Positions 1-8,643 of a stretch of DNA of 41,078 bases are shown here, one piece after another. The notes below the pieces were generated by a model that saw only the letters and a list, made by a program, of their open reading frames with translations, ran no database searches and was not told the DNA's origin. Source of the DNA: Oligoflexales bacterium (GTDB lineage Bacteria > Bdellovibrionota_B > Oligoflexia > Oligoflexales > Bog-1112). The position numbers were made by a program, and so were the translations under genes. Numbering within the stretch: the stretch's first letter is position 1; every line of letters begins with the position of its first letter. Location of the stretch: contig JBGCEP010000079.1 of NCBI GenBank assembly GCA_045106415.1, positions 1 to 41,078 on the forward strand. The letters run 5' to 3'.

Positions 1-195
1 ACATATTCAGAGGCTAAAGAAAGATCGAAAAAAAACATAAACTCAAAAAATTCCCAGACGATTCTGGGTCCTGATTCCCTATCACCTCTGGTTGTTACTC
101 TCAAAATAAAAAATACAACTCTAGAAATACCAGCGTCTATCGTGGTTCAAAACCCTCTTGTTTTACAAGCTATTATAAGAGGAGTACAACAATGA
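1..195 (+). pseudogene. IS66-family TnpA (OrfA) C-terminal portion, cut by window edge
   Basis: Frame 1 is open from base 1 to TGA 193-195 (...VVTLKIKNTTLEIPASIVVQNPLVLQAIIRGVQQ*). It overlaps the tnpB-like start via ATGA, as in IS66 tnpA-tnpB. Confidence 0.5.
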
Positions 196-374
196 AGCCT
201 TTGATTTCTTTTTTGAAACTCCATCTTTATCGACCTTTTGTTGATATGAGAAAGCAGGCGTCAGGCCTTGCGGAGCTTACTGAAGAGGTAAAGCTTTGTC
301 ATCCCTTAAGTTGTGAGGTTTTTATTTTTTGTAATAAACGAAGAAGTCTTTTGAAAGCTATTTATTGGGATTGA
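192..374 (+). pseudogene. tnpB: IS66 accessory protein TnpB (Orf2), truncated
   Basis: LYRPFVDMRKQASGL...VFIFCNKRRSLLKAIYWD matches the IS66 TnpB N-terminus. It stops after YWD at about half normal length, and no tnpC follows. Confidence 0.8.
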
Positions 375-609
375 GCTTCTCCGTTTAAATCAGATATTTC
401 ATGCACTATGTGCCATAGCTGTTTCATGAAAGCAAGCTGGTGTTTTGTAGCCAATTGAAGATAGAGTGGTTGTAGGTGAGAGTTTTAAATTCTATGTGGT
501 GTGCTTTCCAAAAAGGAATAACAATGGAAAAACGATTTAATACCTAAGAAAAAATCCAACGACTAAAACAGCGGGCCCTGTTTCAGATAAATGTATATGA
601 CCATGTTTT

Positions 610-1410
610 TTAACATAACGAAGCTTTTGCAGGGAAACTTAAGTGAGTTGCATGGATCATTTGAAAAGAGCTGTAAGGCAGCGCATGATGCAGCTGAAGA
701 CCTTGTGATACAGGTGCAATTCCATCCCATCGACCATATTTAAGAATGATAGGGATCGAGGTCGGATATTTTTTTGCTTGCTCTATAGGGTTATGTGAAT
801 CGATATATTTTAATGTCTCAACGACATAATTTGTGCCATTTGTACGCACTGGAAAGTCATCACGACCAAAAGGGCCAAATGCAGGAATGCTCCTTAAACC
901 ATACTCATGCCATTGACTATGAAAAGACCTACTAAATAAAGTGAGTGATTCATAGCAAAGAGCCTGTATATATGAAGGCCTATAGAGAGGCATAGCAAGA
1001 AGAGAAGCTTGAATAATTTGCGGGTGTGGGCTTTGCATTAGGATATTGAATGACAGACGAGCTCCAAGGCTCATACCAGCTAAAGTAATTGGAAGCGACG
1101 TTCTTTGAATGACGAAAGTGATAGCATCTTGTAAACAATGAAGCAGTGTGTTGGCGTCTAGATAAGTATTGCTTTTTATTCCGTGACCATCTAAATCATA
1201 GCTAAAAATTTGGTAGCCGTCTTCAAGGGCTTTTTTAAAGAAATTGAGATGGGGATAGACAGCATCAAATCCCATGCCGTGAGAAAAAAGAATAAGGCCA
1301 ACAGGGTCATCCTTTTTGGGGCGAATCCAAATATAGCGAGTTTTCCCACCAGTATCACGTGGGTAGAAGCTTTGTTCATATTCATACATAAAAGAAGAGG
1401 GGAGGTCCAT
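610..1410 (-). CDS. Alpha/beta-fold hydrolase (lysophospholipase/esterase-like)
   Basis: SHGMG oxyanion motif, YDLDGHG, nucleophile elbow GMSLG, G-x-x-D (GRWDGI) and a C-terminal His. Confidence 0.85.
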   Translation of the reverse strand: MDLPSSFMYEYEQSFYPRDTGGKTRYIWIRPKKDDPVGLILFSHGMGFDAVYPHLNFFKKALEDGYQIFSYDLDGHGIKSNTYLDANTLLHCLQDAITFVIQRTSLPITLAGMSLGARLSFNILMQSPHPQIIQASLLAMPLYRPSYIQALCYESLTLFSRSFHSQWHEYGLRSIPAFGPFGRDDFPVRTNGTNYVVETLKYIDSHNPIEQAKKYPTSIPIILKYGRWDGIAPVSQGLQLHHALPYSSFQMIHATHLSFPAKASLC

Positions 1411-1488
1411 TTGACCTTCACTTTTATAAGGGATAGCCTGAGATTAGTCTATCACAGTTGAAAATAAGTCGATCTTTGAAAGGTCATC

Positions 1489-1932
1489 ATGGAACAACCC
1501 GGACCAGAAGATATATGTAGCTTTCTGGATCAATATGGTTGGGATTATGAATACGATCGCCTCCGTACGATCCACACTGGGTGGGAAGAAGAAGGCTGCC
1601 ACTACGGTTTAAGCGTGATTTTTCAACATGCATTCATAGCCTTTGAAGTGCGCGACCTTGAACGTTATCTTAAGGGTGTAAAATTTGATAAAAATGAAGA
1701 CTTTAGAGTTCTTATTTCAGTCTGTTCAGATATGATAGGCCCACGCTTAGAATATACTGCTCATGGTTTATCTCTTCTCTATGATATTCCTCGAGTAGGG
1801 TTTTGTTATGAGCAATTTGAGATTATTCTTGGATGCTTAGGTCATTATACAGAAACCCTCCCAGAAATGATTGCGCAGCATCAACAAGTTGTTGATGAGA
1901 TTTTTGAACAACCTCAAACTCTTTTAATATAG
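1489..1932 (+). CDS. Hypothetical protein, possible YbjN/T3SS-chaperone-like fold
   Basis: 147 aa acidic protein. ICSFLDQYGWDY N-terminal helix, beta strands and a C-terminal helix resemble YbjN-family proteins. GAAAGG RBS. Confidence 0.55.
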   Translation: MEQPGPEDICSFLDQYGWDYEYDRLRTIHTGWEEEGCHYGLSVIFQHAFIAFEVRDLERYLKGVKFDKNEDFRVLISVCSDMIGPRLEYTAHGLSLLYDIPRVGFCYEQFEIILGCLGHYTETLPEMIAQHQQVVDEIFEQPQTLLI

Positions 1933-1987
1933 TCTCTAGTTTATTCATGATACGCCGATAAGTTTCTATATGAAACAAGAGGATGTC

Positions 1988-2935
1988 ATGAGCCAAGCGG
2001 GTGAGCCAGCGCAACCTGAAGAAATAGGTCCTTACCGTATTGTAAAGGAAATTGGCTCTGGTGGACTCGGACGAGTTTTTCAGGCTTTAAGTCCAGAAGG
2101 AAAAATTGTTGCAGTTAAAGTCTTACACGAAAAATTCGCAGAAGATCCAAAGTTTTTAGGTGTATTTCATCGTGAAATGTTGATGTATTCTGGTTTACAG
2201 AATCGTTATATTGCAAGCTATCTTGATAGTTATTTTGAACCTCCCCTATGTTATATCGTCACTGAATATATTGACGGATGGTCGGGGTATCAATTTCAAA
2301 AACAAGTAGGGCAAATACCTCCATTGGTTGCTGTTGCTATCATTTTTGATCTTTTACAAGGACTCGATCATCTTCACCTAAGAGATGTTGTTCATTCTGA
2401 TTTGTCGGCATCAAATTTTATGGTTTCGCGTAGAGGCCAGATTTTTGTTATGGACTTTGGGCTTTCTTGTAAAAATGAAATTGAAGATTATAGAAATTTT
2501 GTCATGGGAACTCCGGGATATTATGCTCCTGAGCATATTACAAACACTCCAATAGGACCCTATACGGACATTTATTGCGCTGGTTTGCTTTTGTATCAAA
2601 TGCTAGCCGGTGTTCGAGCTGTTCCTCACGCAAAGTCGCTTTCAGATATTCGTGATTCAATGAAATCAATACGCTGGTCCATGATTCGTTCAACGGATTG
2701 GAAAATGCAAAGAAAGCTACGAGGTCTTGTAAAAGGAGCCTTAAAGTACAATCCATCACAGCGATATACCACAACACAAGATTTTATGTTTGAATGCTAT
2801 CAAATTTTAAAGAGATCAGACATTCGTTATTCGAGACATGCTATCCATCAGTTTTTATACGATGCTGAAATGATCAACGAATCTTTTGACGGAACAAAAC
2901 AGAATATTTATTTTGGGTGGGCAGGTTCTATTTAA
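1988..2935 (+). CDS. Soluble Hanks-type Ser/Thr protein kinase with atypical catalytic loop
   Basis: GSGGLGRV, VAVK, alphaC Glu (FHRE), HSDLSASN, DFG, GTPGYYAPE, DIY. No TM segment. ATG 1988 follows AGAGG (longest ORF starts at 1970). Confidence 0.92.
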   Translation: MSQAGEPAQPEEIGPYRIVKEIGSGGLGRVFQALSPEGKIVAVKVLHEKFAEDPKFLGVFHREMLMYSGLQNRYIASYLDSYFEPPLCYIVTEYIDGWSGYQFQKQVGQIPPLVAVAIIFDLLQGLDHLHLRDVVHSDLSASNFMVSRRGQIFVMDFGLSCKNEIEDYRNFVMGTPGYYAPEHITNTPIGPYTDIYCAGLLLYQMLAGVRAVPHAKSLSDIRDSMKSIRWSMIRSTDWKMQRKLRGLVKGALKYNPSQRYTTTQDFMFECYQILKRSDIRYSRHAIHQFLYDAEMINESFDGTKQNIYFGWAGSI

Positions 2936-2970
2936 GAGAGTGATTTGAATCAATATACGAGGTTAATGCT

Positions 2971-3984
2971 ATGAAAATGACTGGAGAACAAGTTGTAAAA
3001 CTTGGAAGTGGTCAAGTTGTTTTCGAGCAAAATGCACCAGGCGGTGATTTGTATATTGTTGAAAGCGGTGAAGTTCTTCTACAACGTGAATGGGCTGGAA
3101 AAGTAACAGAAGAAATAGTGGGAAGATCAGGCATATTAAGTGGGCTTACATGTCTTACTAATGAACCTCGCTGGCATAAAGCAAAAACAAAGAATGGAAC
3201 AGTCTTACGTAAAATAAGATGGGAAACCTTACAAAGATATGTTCAGGCTATGCCTCATTGGCTTAAAAAACTTTTACTATTTTATAGCGACTCTATTCAA
3301 TCATCTTATTTAGAAAAAGAAGTTTTACTTAAAAAAATAGAAACATTAGAAAAAACCCAACTTACAATATGGTATTCGATAAAGCAGGTTTTATCTGTTT
3401 TTTTAGACTTATACACAACATCAGCTCATCAAGGTCGAGATCGTTGCTATATTTCTGATCTTGAAAAAAGAGGGGTTGAAGTTCTTTGTTTTGATTTAAA
3501 AATGATGAGAGAATATACCAAAATTTTAATAGAGTCAGGAATACTATTAACTCATCGTGATAGTGATCATGGAAAAGCATGGGTTAAAATTGATCAAGTT
3601 GATCGATTATTACATTTGCAGAAAATATGCCAAAGTTTTAAACAAATTTCTGTCGAATTAAAAAAATCACCACCACCGAGAATTTTAAGAGTGGTTTCAG
3701 CCTTACTTATTTACACTCATAAAATGGAACTTTCACAGGAAGAAAAAGTAAGCCTTGTTTTTTCTGAGATGAAAGAAGCTTTACAAGGATTGATGGGACA
3801 TGAAGTCTCAGTTGAGAATTTAGAAGAAGCTCAAGAGTATAAAATGATCACTCTTGAGCGCAATCAAGATGGAATTAAAATTAGAATGATTCCAAATAGT
3901 GTAGGAATACAGGTCTCATGTTATTCTGCTTTAAAACTTATGGAAAAGAACCAAAGATCTGAAGAACGAAACACAGAATCATAG
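2971..3984 (+). CDS. Cyclic-nucleotide-binding (Crp/Fnr-like) domain protein with long C-terminal region
   Basis: VVFEQNAPGGDLYIVESGEV...LTNEPR...A cNMP beta-barrel signature, then a helical linker and probable winged-helix segments. Confidence 0.75.
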   Translation: MKMTGEQVVKLGSGQVVFEQNAPGGDLYIVESGEVLLQREWAGKVTEEIVGRSGILSGLTCLTNEPRWHKAKTKNGTVLRKIRWETLQRYVQAMPHWLKKLLLFYSDSIQSSYLEKEVLLKKIETLEKTQLTIWYSIKQVLSVFLDLYTTSAHQGRDRCYISDLEKRGVEVLCFDLKMMREYTKILIESGILLTHRDSDHGKAWVKIDQVDRLLHLQKICQSFKQISVELKKSPPPRILRVVSALLIYTHKMELSQEEKVSLVFSEMKEALQGLMGHEVSVENLEEAQEYKMITLERNQDGIKIRMIPNSVGIQVSCYSALKLMEKNQRSEERNTES

Positions 3985-4020
3985 TCTTTCTTGATTGTTT
4001 TTTAGAATAGAGGGTGATTC

Positions 4021-4908
4021 ATGATTCATCTAGAAAATGAAAAATCTTATGCCGATATTGATCCTCTAAACGGTGCTCGAGTGGTTCAATTTGGAATATT
4101 TTCAAACCAAGATAAAAAATCAAAAGAGCATCGTTTGCTCTGGGATAAAATGCAAAAAGAAGATTCTGGGTGGTGCCACGGAGGAATACCTATTCTATTT
4201 CCTTTTGCAGGTCGAGTGTGGAGCTCTAATAAGCAAGGCTATTACTTTTTAAATGGCACAGAATTTCCTATGCCTATCCATGGATTTGTTCATCACAAAC
4301 CTTGGGAGATTGTAGAACAAAAGAGCAGCTCTATAGAAATGGTATTTTCTTCCTCTAACGAAACGAGAAAGTTATATCCATGGGAGTTTGAATTAAGAGT
4401 ACATTGGAAACTCAAAGAGACCTCTTTACTGTATTATTTCTCGATTAAAAATAAAGGCTGCTTATATCCTTCTTGGATAAAAAAAGAAATGCCTTTCGCT
4501 ATGGGGCTGCACCCTTACTTTCAAGTAAATTCTCTTAAAGAAAAAGATTTACAATTACTCTGTCAGCCTGGAAAGCAGTATGCCGTAACTAAAGAAGGGA
4601 GAGTTGGGTCTTTAGGTAAATGGGACCCCTCTTGCTCTGTTAGTAAAAAACCAAGTCTTATTTTACAAGACTTTCATGAGCCCTATGTTGATATGAAATT
4701 AAACCATCACCCCAACATAAGGGTGCGCATTGAAATGGAGAACTGTGAACAGACTATTATTCTATGGTCGGGGGCGAAAGATTATTTGTGTGTTGAGCCT
4801 TGGATGGGTTTGCCTGATGCTTTGCAGAACCCAAAAGGTTTAGTGTGGGTTAAAGAAAATGAGCAACAAACGTGGTCCGGATCTTTTTGTGGTGAAGTAA
4901 AATTTTAG
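4021..4908 (+). CDS. Aldose 1-epimerase / galactose mutarotase-like protein
   Basis: GGIPILFPFAGR, HGF, YPWEFEL, GLHPYF and YLCVEPW motifs. Confidence 0.9.
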   Translation: MIHLENEKSYADIDPLNGARVVQFGIFSNQDKKSKEHRLLWDKMQKEDSGWCHGGIPILFPFAGRVWSSNKQGYYFLNGTEFPMPIHGFVHHKPWEIVEQKSSSIEMVFSSSNETRKLYPWEFELRVHWKLKETSLLYYFSIKNKGCLYPSWIKKEMPFAMGLHPYFQVNSLKEKDLQLLCQPGKQYAVTKEGRVGSLGKWDPSCSVSKKPSLILQDFHEPYVDMKLNHHPNIRVRIEMENCEQTIILWSGAKDYLCVEPWMGLPDALQNPKGLVWVKENEQQTWSGSFCGEVKF

Positions 4909-6350
4909 CCACGTTTTTTTTCAAAACGAGATTGCGCGACACGAGAAAAGACTTTCATTTGAGGTCCCCAACTCGGTGTTTGAGCCTCATAAAGGCCTGT
5001 TGGAATAAGAGTCTGACTACTTCCATCAGCGTTCATACGATAGAGCTGAGGTTGAGATTTGACGTCTCTAAGCTTTCCGTTATTTGTACGGTTTGATTGA
5101 AAAACAACCATTTTACCGTTAGGAGACCAAGATGGAGTTTCATTATCTCCAGAGCGAATGGTTAATCTTTCTAGGTTTGCACCGTCAGAATTCATCATAA
5201 AAATATCAAAACGATTGATATCTTTATCAAAACCTGCAAAGACGATTTTTTGTGAATCTGGAGACCAAGATGGGCCTGCGTTGTACCAACCAGCATAAGT
5301 AAGTCTATCGTCTTTCACAACACGCGCACCTTGTTGATCCCACTGTAATGTCCCTCGGAAGATATGAGGATTTCCATAACGTCCAGAGACAAAAGCAATA
5401 TAATTACCATCTGGTGAAAAAACAGGGCTAACATCAAGCCCCACGCCACGTATCAGCTGTTGTCGTGTTGTTCCGTTACGAGGCATAACATAAATTTCCG
5501 CATTGCCTCCGACAGATCCTGTAAAAACAACCCATTTTCCATCTGGACTAAAACTTCCACCGCTGTTAAGGCCTTTGAAGGCTGCGAGTTTGCGGCGTTT
5601 CCCAGAAGGGTAATCCATAATAAATAACTCAGTGCGACCTGATTCAAAAGAAGTATAAATAAGTTGCTTACCGTCTGGTGACCAAGCAACAGATATGTGT
5701 GGAGCAGGCGCTGTAGTCATCTGCCTTAAATTACGGCCATCGACGTCGCTCACATAAACCTGTTGATCTGCTTTTGGACTACTTTTCCCAACAAAGGCGA
5801 TTTGACTTGAGAAAAGACCTGGAGCTCCTGTGTAGTGTTCTAAGACATGATCAGCAAAAGATTTAATGCTGTCCACAATGGGAGAGCTTTTTAAACGGTA
5901 ACGTTTTCCAACGACAGAGCTACCTTTATAGAGGTCTGCGATACGTATTTCGAGAATTGGACCGGTAGAGTCTTCGGAAATTTTTGCAAGAACAAGGGCT
6001 TCTGCTCCAATGTCTTTCCAGCTTTGAAGATTCAAGGTGCGAAAACCTTCTTCAGCAAAAGGGAGTTGAGAGAGTTTTTTGCGCGGCAGAAGAGTTTTGT
6101 AGTGTTCAAGCGGCATAACTTGAAAAAGGCCAGAAAACTCAAGGAAATGACTGAGTTCTTGTCGAGCTTCTATAGCTAATTTTTCAAGCTCTATTGACGA
6201 CTTATCCGTTGCTACAAGTGGCATAGCAACCATGAGTTGGCGAAAACTTGGCCGATCAACTCTAACTAATAAAGGATTTGAAAAACTAAGATGAGATAAA
6301 AAACTCAAAAATGCTATAAATAAATACATGGACGGTTTAAATAACATCAT
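4905..6350 (-). CDS. tolB: Tol-Pal beta-propeller protein TolB
   Basis: Signal peptide, TolB N-domain, FSSQIAFV, repeated (W/F)SPDG PD40 blades. Last gene of tolQRA-B. Confidence 0.93.
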   Translation of the reverse strand: MMLFKPSMYLFIAFLSFLSHLSFSNPLLVRVDRPSFRQLMVAMPLVATDKSSIELEKLAIEARQELSHFLEFSGLFQVMPLEHYKTLLPRKKLSQLPFAEEGFRTLNLQSWKDIGAEALVLAKISEDSTGPILEIRIADLYKGSSVVGKRYRLKSSPIVDSIKSFADHVLEHYTGAPGLFSSQIAFVGKSSPKADQQVYVSDVDGRNLRQMTTAPAPHISVAWSPDGKQLIYTSFESGRTELFIMDYPSGKRRKLAAFKGLNSGGSFSPDGKWVVFTGSVGGNAEIYVMPRNGTTRQQLIRGVGLDVSPVFSPDGNYIAFVSGRYGNPHIFRGTLQWDQQGARVVKDDRLTYAGWYNAGPSWSPDSQKIVFAGFDKDINRFDIFMMNSDGANLERLTIRSGDNETPSWSPNGKMVVFQSNRTNNGKLRDVKSQPQLYRMNADGSSQTLIPTGLYEAQTPSWGPQMKVFSRVAQSRFEKKRG

Positions 6351-6355
6351 ATCTC

Positions 6356-7045
6356 CTAATCATTTGCGGAATACTCAAACTGTAAAGGTTCTCCGACGAG
6401 CCGCTTGGGTGGAGTCGGAAACGGTGAAGATTTGCGTAGGTTAGCAAGAACGATTTGATCGAAAGTTTTATCGCCAGAATGTTGATGTACTTTTATTGTG
6501 AGAATACGGCCTTGAGGGTCAAGAACAAGTTCAACCGTTGTTTTGATACCGTTGTTATTTTTATAAACTTCTGGAATTGTATAATTTGTCCTAATCCAAC
6601 GTTTGAGCTGGCTTTGATATTGCCCCCAGGCTTGTGCTGTTTCCGCATGCTCTGTTGCTTTTCTTGCTTGTTCGAGTTGAAGGCGTCGGATGTAATCTTT
6701 TTGACTTAATTCAGTGAGAGCTCTTTTTTTAATAGCTTCCATTTTGCGCTTTTCTTCTTTTTTCTTCTTCTGATCCTTTTTCAGTTTCATAGTACTAGAG
6801 TCTTTTTTTGCTACACTTTCTTTCACTTTAAAACTTTTAGGAAGCTGAGGAAGCATCTTTTTTTTGTCAACTTTAGGCGGCTTTGCTTGTGCAGGAGGAG
6901 TCCAGTTGACTAGATCGACTTCGATGACTTCTTGTTTACTTGGCTTTGACCGCCATAGAGGAAGGTATGGAGACCAAGCCGCAAAGGCATGGCCAAACAA
7001 AGAGGCTATGAGAAAAGTTTTTAAAATTTTTTCTTCAGCCATCAT
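6356..7045 (-). CDS. tolA: TolA/TonB-family energy transducer
   Basis: N-terminal TM with SxxxH (SLFGH), Lys/Pro-rich linker, TonB-C/TolA-C domain (SGDKTFD...PFPTPP). Lies between tolR and tolB. Confidence 0.82.
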   Translation of the reverse strand: MMAEEKILKTFLIASLFGHAFAAWSPYLPLWRSKPSKQEVIEVDLVNWTPPAQAKPPKVDKKKMLPQLPKSFKVKESVAKKDSSTMKLKKDQKKKKEEKRKMEAIKKRALTELSQKDYIRRLQLEQARKATEHAETAQAWGQYQSQLKRWIRTNYTIPEVYKNNNGIKTTVELVLDPQGRILTIKVHQHSGDKTFDQIVLANLRKSSPFPTPPKRLVGEPLQFEYSAND

Positions 7046-7467
7046 CAACCTTTACCTTTGTTTTCAGTCAGCATTCCAACTCTTTTGACTCCAGCTATTT
7101 TGGCAGCACTCATAGCATGAATGACTTTTTCGTACTCAACTTTGCGGTCAGCTCGAATAAACAAATCTTTACTATTACGGCTGTCTAAAATTGTCTTAAT
7201 ACGAGTTTTTAAATCCTTCTCAGAAATTTGTACTTTCCCGAGATAGTAGTCACCTTTTTTGTTTATCGATAAAACCAACTGCTTTTCTTCAACAGGTTGC
7301 CCGGTTGACTCTGAAGTTGGTAGGTTGACTTTAACCCCACTAATTGAAAGTGGAGCAGCTACCATGAAAACAATAAGAAGAACAAGCATCACATCAATTA
7401 AGGGCACCATATTGATTTCTGCAAGGTCCTCTTGGTCGTTAGAATCTGGATTGATCTGAAAAGACAT
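7045..7467 (-). CDS. tolR: TolR/ExbD
   Basis: EINMVPLIDVMLVLLIVFMVAAP TM with the conserved Asp; IRADRKVEY. Confidence 0.93.
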   Translation of the reverse strand: MSFQINPDSNDQEDLAEINMVPLIDVMLVLLIVFMVAAPLSISGVKVNLPTSESTGQPVEEKQLVLSINKKGDYYLGKVQISEKDLKTRIKTILDSRNSKDLFIRADRKVEYEKVIHAMSAAKIAGVKRVGMLTENKGKG

Positions 7468-8291
7468 TACGACCTCGTTTGGCTTGATGTTCGTTCAGAG
7501 GAGGAGGGTTGTGCGACCAAATGACGTTCAACAATATTTAAAAAATCAGATCCAAACCCATCGATATTTTCTAAAATAAGGCGAATGTGTGAGCGAGCAA
7601 TATTGTAGCCGATAACCGCAGGAATTGCAGCTGCCAAGCCAAAAGCAGTTGCAATCAAGGCCTCTGATATTCCTGGGGCAACAGAGGCCAGACTAGAGCT
7701 TCCCGTGCGTGCAATTGTATCAAAAGCATCCATAATTCCCCAGACCGTCCCAAAAAGCCCTATGAAGGGACTAGCCGAGGCAGTAGTTGCTAAAAAGGGG
7801 AGGTATTTCTCCATACGCTGCTGCTCACTGCGTCTCGATTTTGCAAGTGTACGCCGTAGACTGTCCATGGCCGATTGAATAAGGGCTTGAGCCATAATCC
7901 CTTGTGGGGGTTTCGGGTGTTTTGTCATCTCAATATAAGCTTCACGAAAAACTTCCCTGACAGGAGAATGAGGTTCTTTATCAATTTTCTGGTGAAGATC
8001 GCGCAGAGACTGAGATTTCCAGAAATGATCAATAAAGATTTCATTTTTTTGCTTCATCTGATGTAGCCAATACCATTTGGTGAGAAGCAAAGCCCAAGCT
8101 AGAACAGACAAAGTGATAAGACTAAAAAGCACCATGGACACAACAGGCCCACCTTGCATTGCTCTAGAAAAAGCAGAAAAAGATTCAGTAGCAACAAGAA
8201 CAGTTTCTTCAGCTACCTCTGGTGTGTCCACTGCAAGAGCAAGTGAACTGAAGAATAGTGAAATTGATAACCATAAGAAAGATTGAAACAT
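7467..8291 (-). CDS. tolQ: TolQ (MotA/TolQ/ExbB proton channel)
   Basis: LATTASASPFIGLFGTVWGIM and VAPGISEALIATAFGLAAAIPA signatures. Confidence 0.93.
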   Translation of the reverse strand: MFQSFLWLSISLFFSSLALAVDTPEVAEETVLVATESFSAFSRAMQGGPVVSMVLFSLITLSVLAWALLLTKWYWLHQMKQKNEIFIDHFWKSQSLRDLHQKIDKEPHSPVREVFREAYIEMTKHPKPPQGIMAQALIQSAMDSLRRTLAKSRRSEQQRMEKYLPFLATTASASPFIGLFGTVWGIMDAFDTIARTGSSSLASVAPGISEALIATAFGLAAAIPAVIGYNIARSHIRLILENIDGFGSDFLNIVERHLVAQPSSSERTSSQTRS

Positions 8292-8517
8292 AATAAGGCT
8301 CCAGCAGGAAGTTCTGGTGATATTATAACGTTTCTGTGCAGAAAGTCCTTAATATTTTGATGGTCAAAGAAAAACAGATTTATAAGATTCATCATAAAGT
8401 GAGTGAGATAGGTAAATAGCATATACTGGAATGTATGCTTTGGTATTTATTCGTAAAAAACATGTTTCTGGATGTACTAAAAAAACAACTCGTGTTTTAA
8501 GAGTCAATCACCATTAA

Positions 8518-8643
8518 TGAACGTGACACCATTTCGCTTGAGCACCTTCGATAAAAAGGAGGTTCCAAAATGGAGCCAACTCAGATAAGCATAAAGAAAA
8601 AACATTTCTCAATTCTTCAAAAACAAGAAATTTTAGAAAAACT
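8518..8643 (+). mobile_element. Probable IS3-family left-end remnant (IRL, RBS and start of OrfA) truncated by the IS66 element
   Basis: TGAACGTGACACC...GAGCACC resembles IS3 TG-initiated ends. AGGAGG + ATG 8570 gives MEPTQISIKKKHFSILQKQEILEKL, like transposase OrfA N-termini. It runs directly into the IS66 IR at 8644. Confidence 0.45.

Noticed and set aside
192..374. TnpB as an RNA-guided IS200/IS605 nuclease
   Set aside because: This is the unrelated IS66 accessory TnpB; it has no RuvC or zinc-finger motifs.
4905..8291. TolQ/R/A homologues as a gliding motor (AglRQS) or TonB uptake system
   Set aside because: A single TolR, a full-length TolB and no TonB-dependent receptor fit Tol-Pal best.
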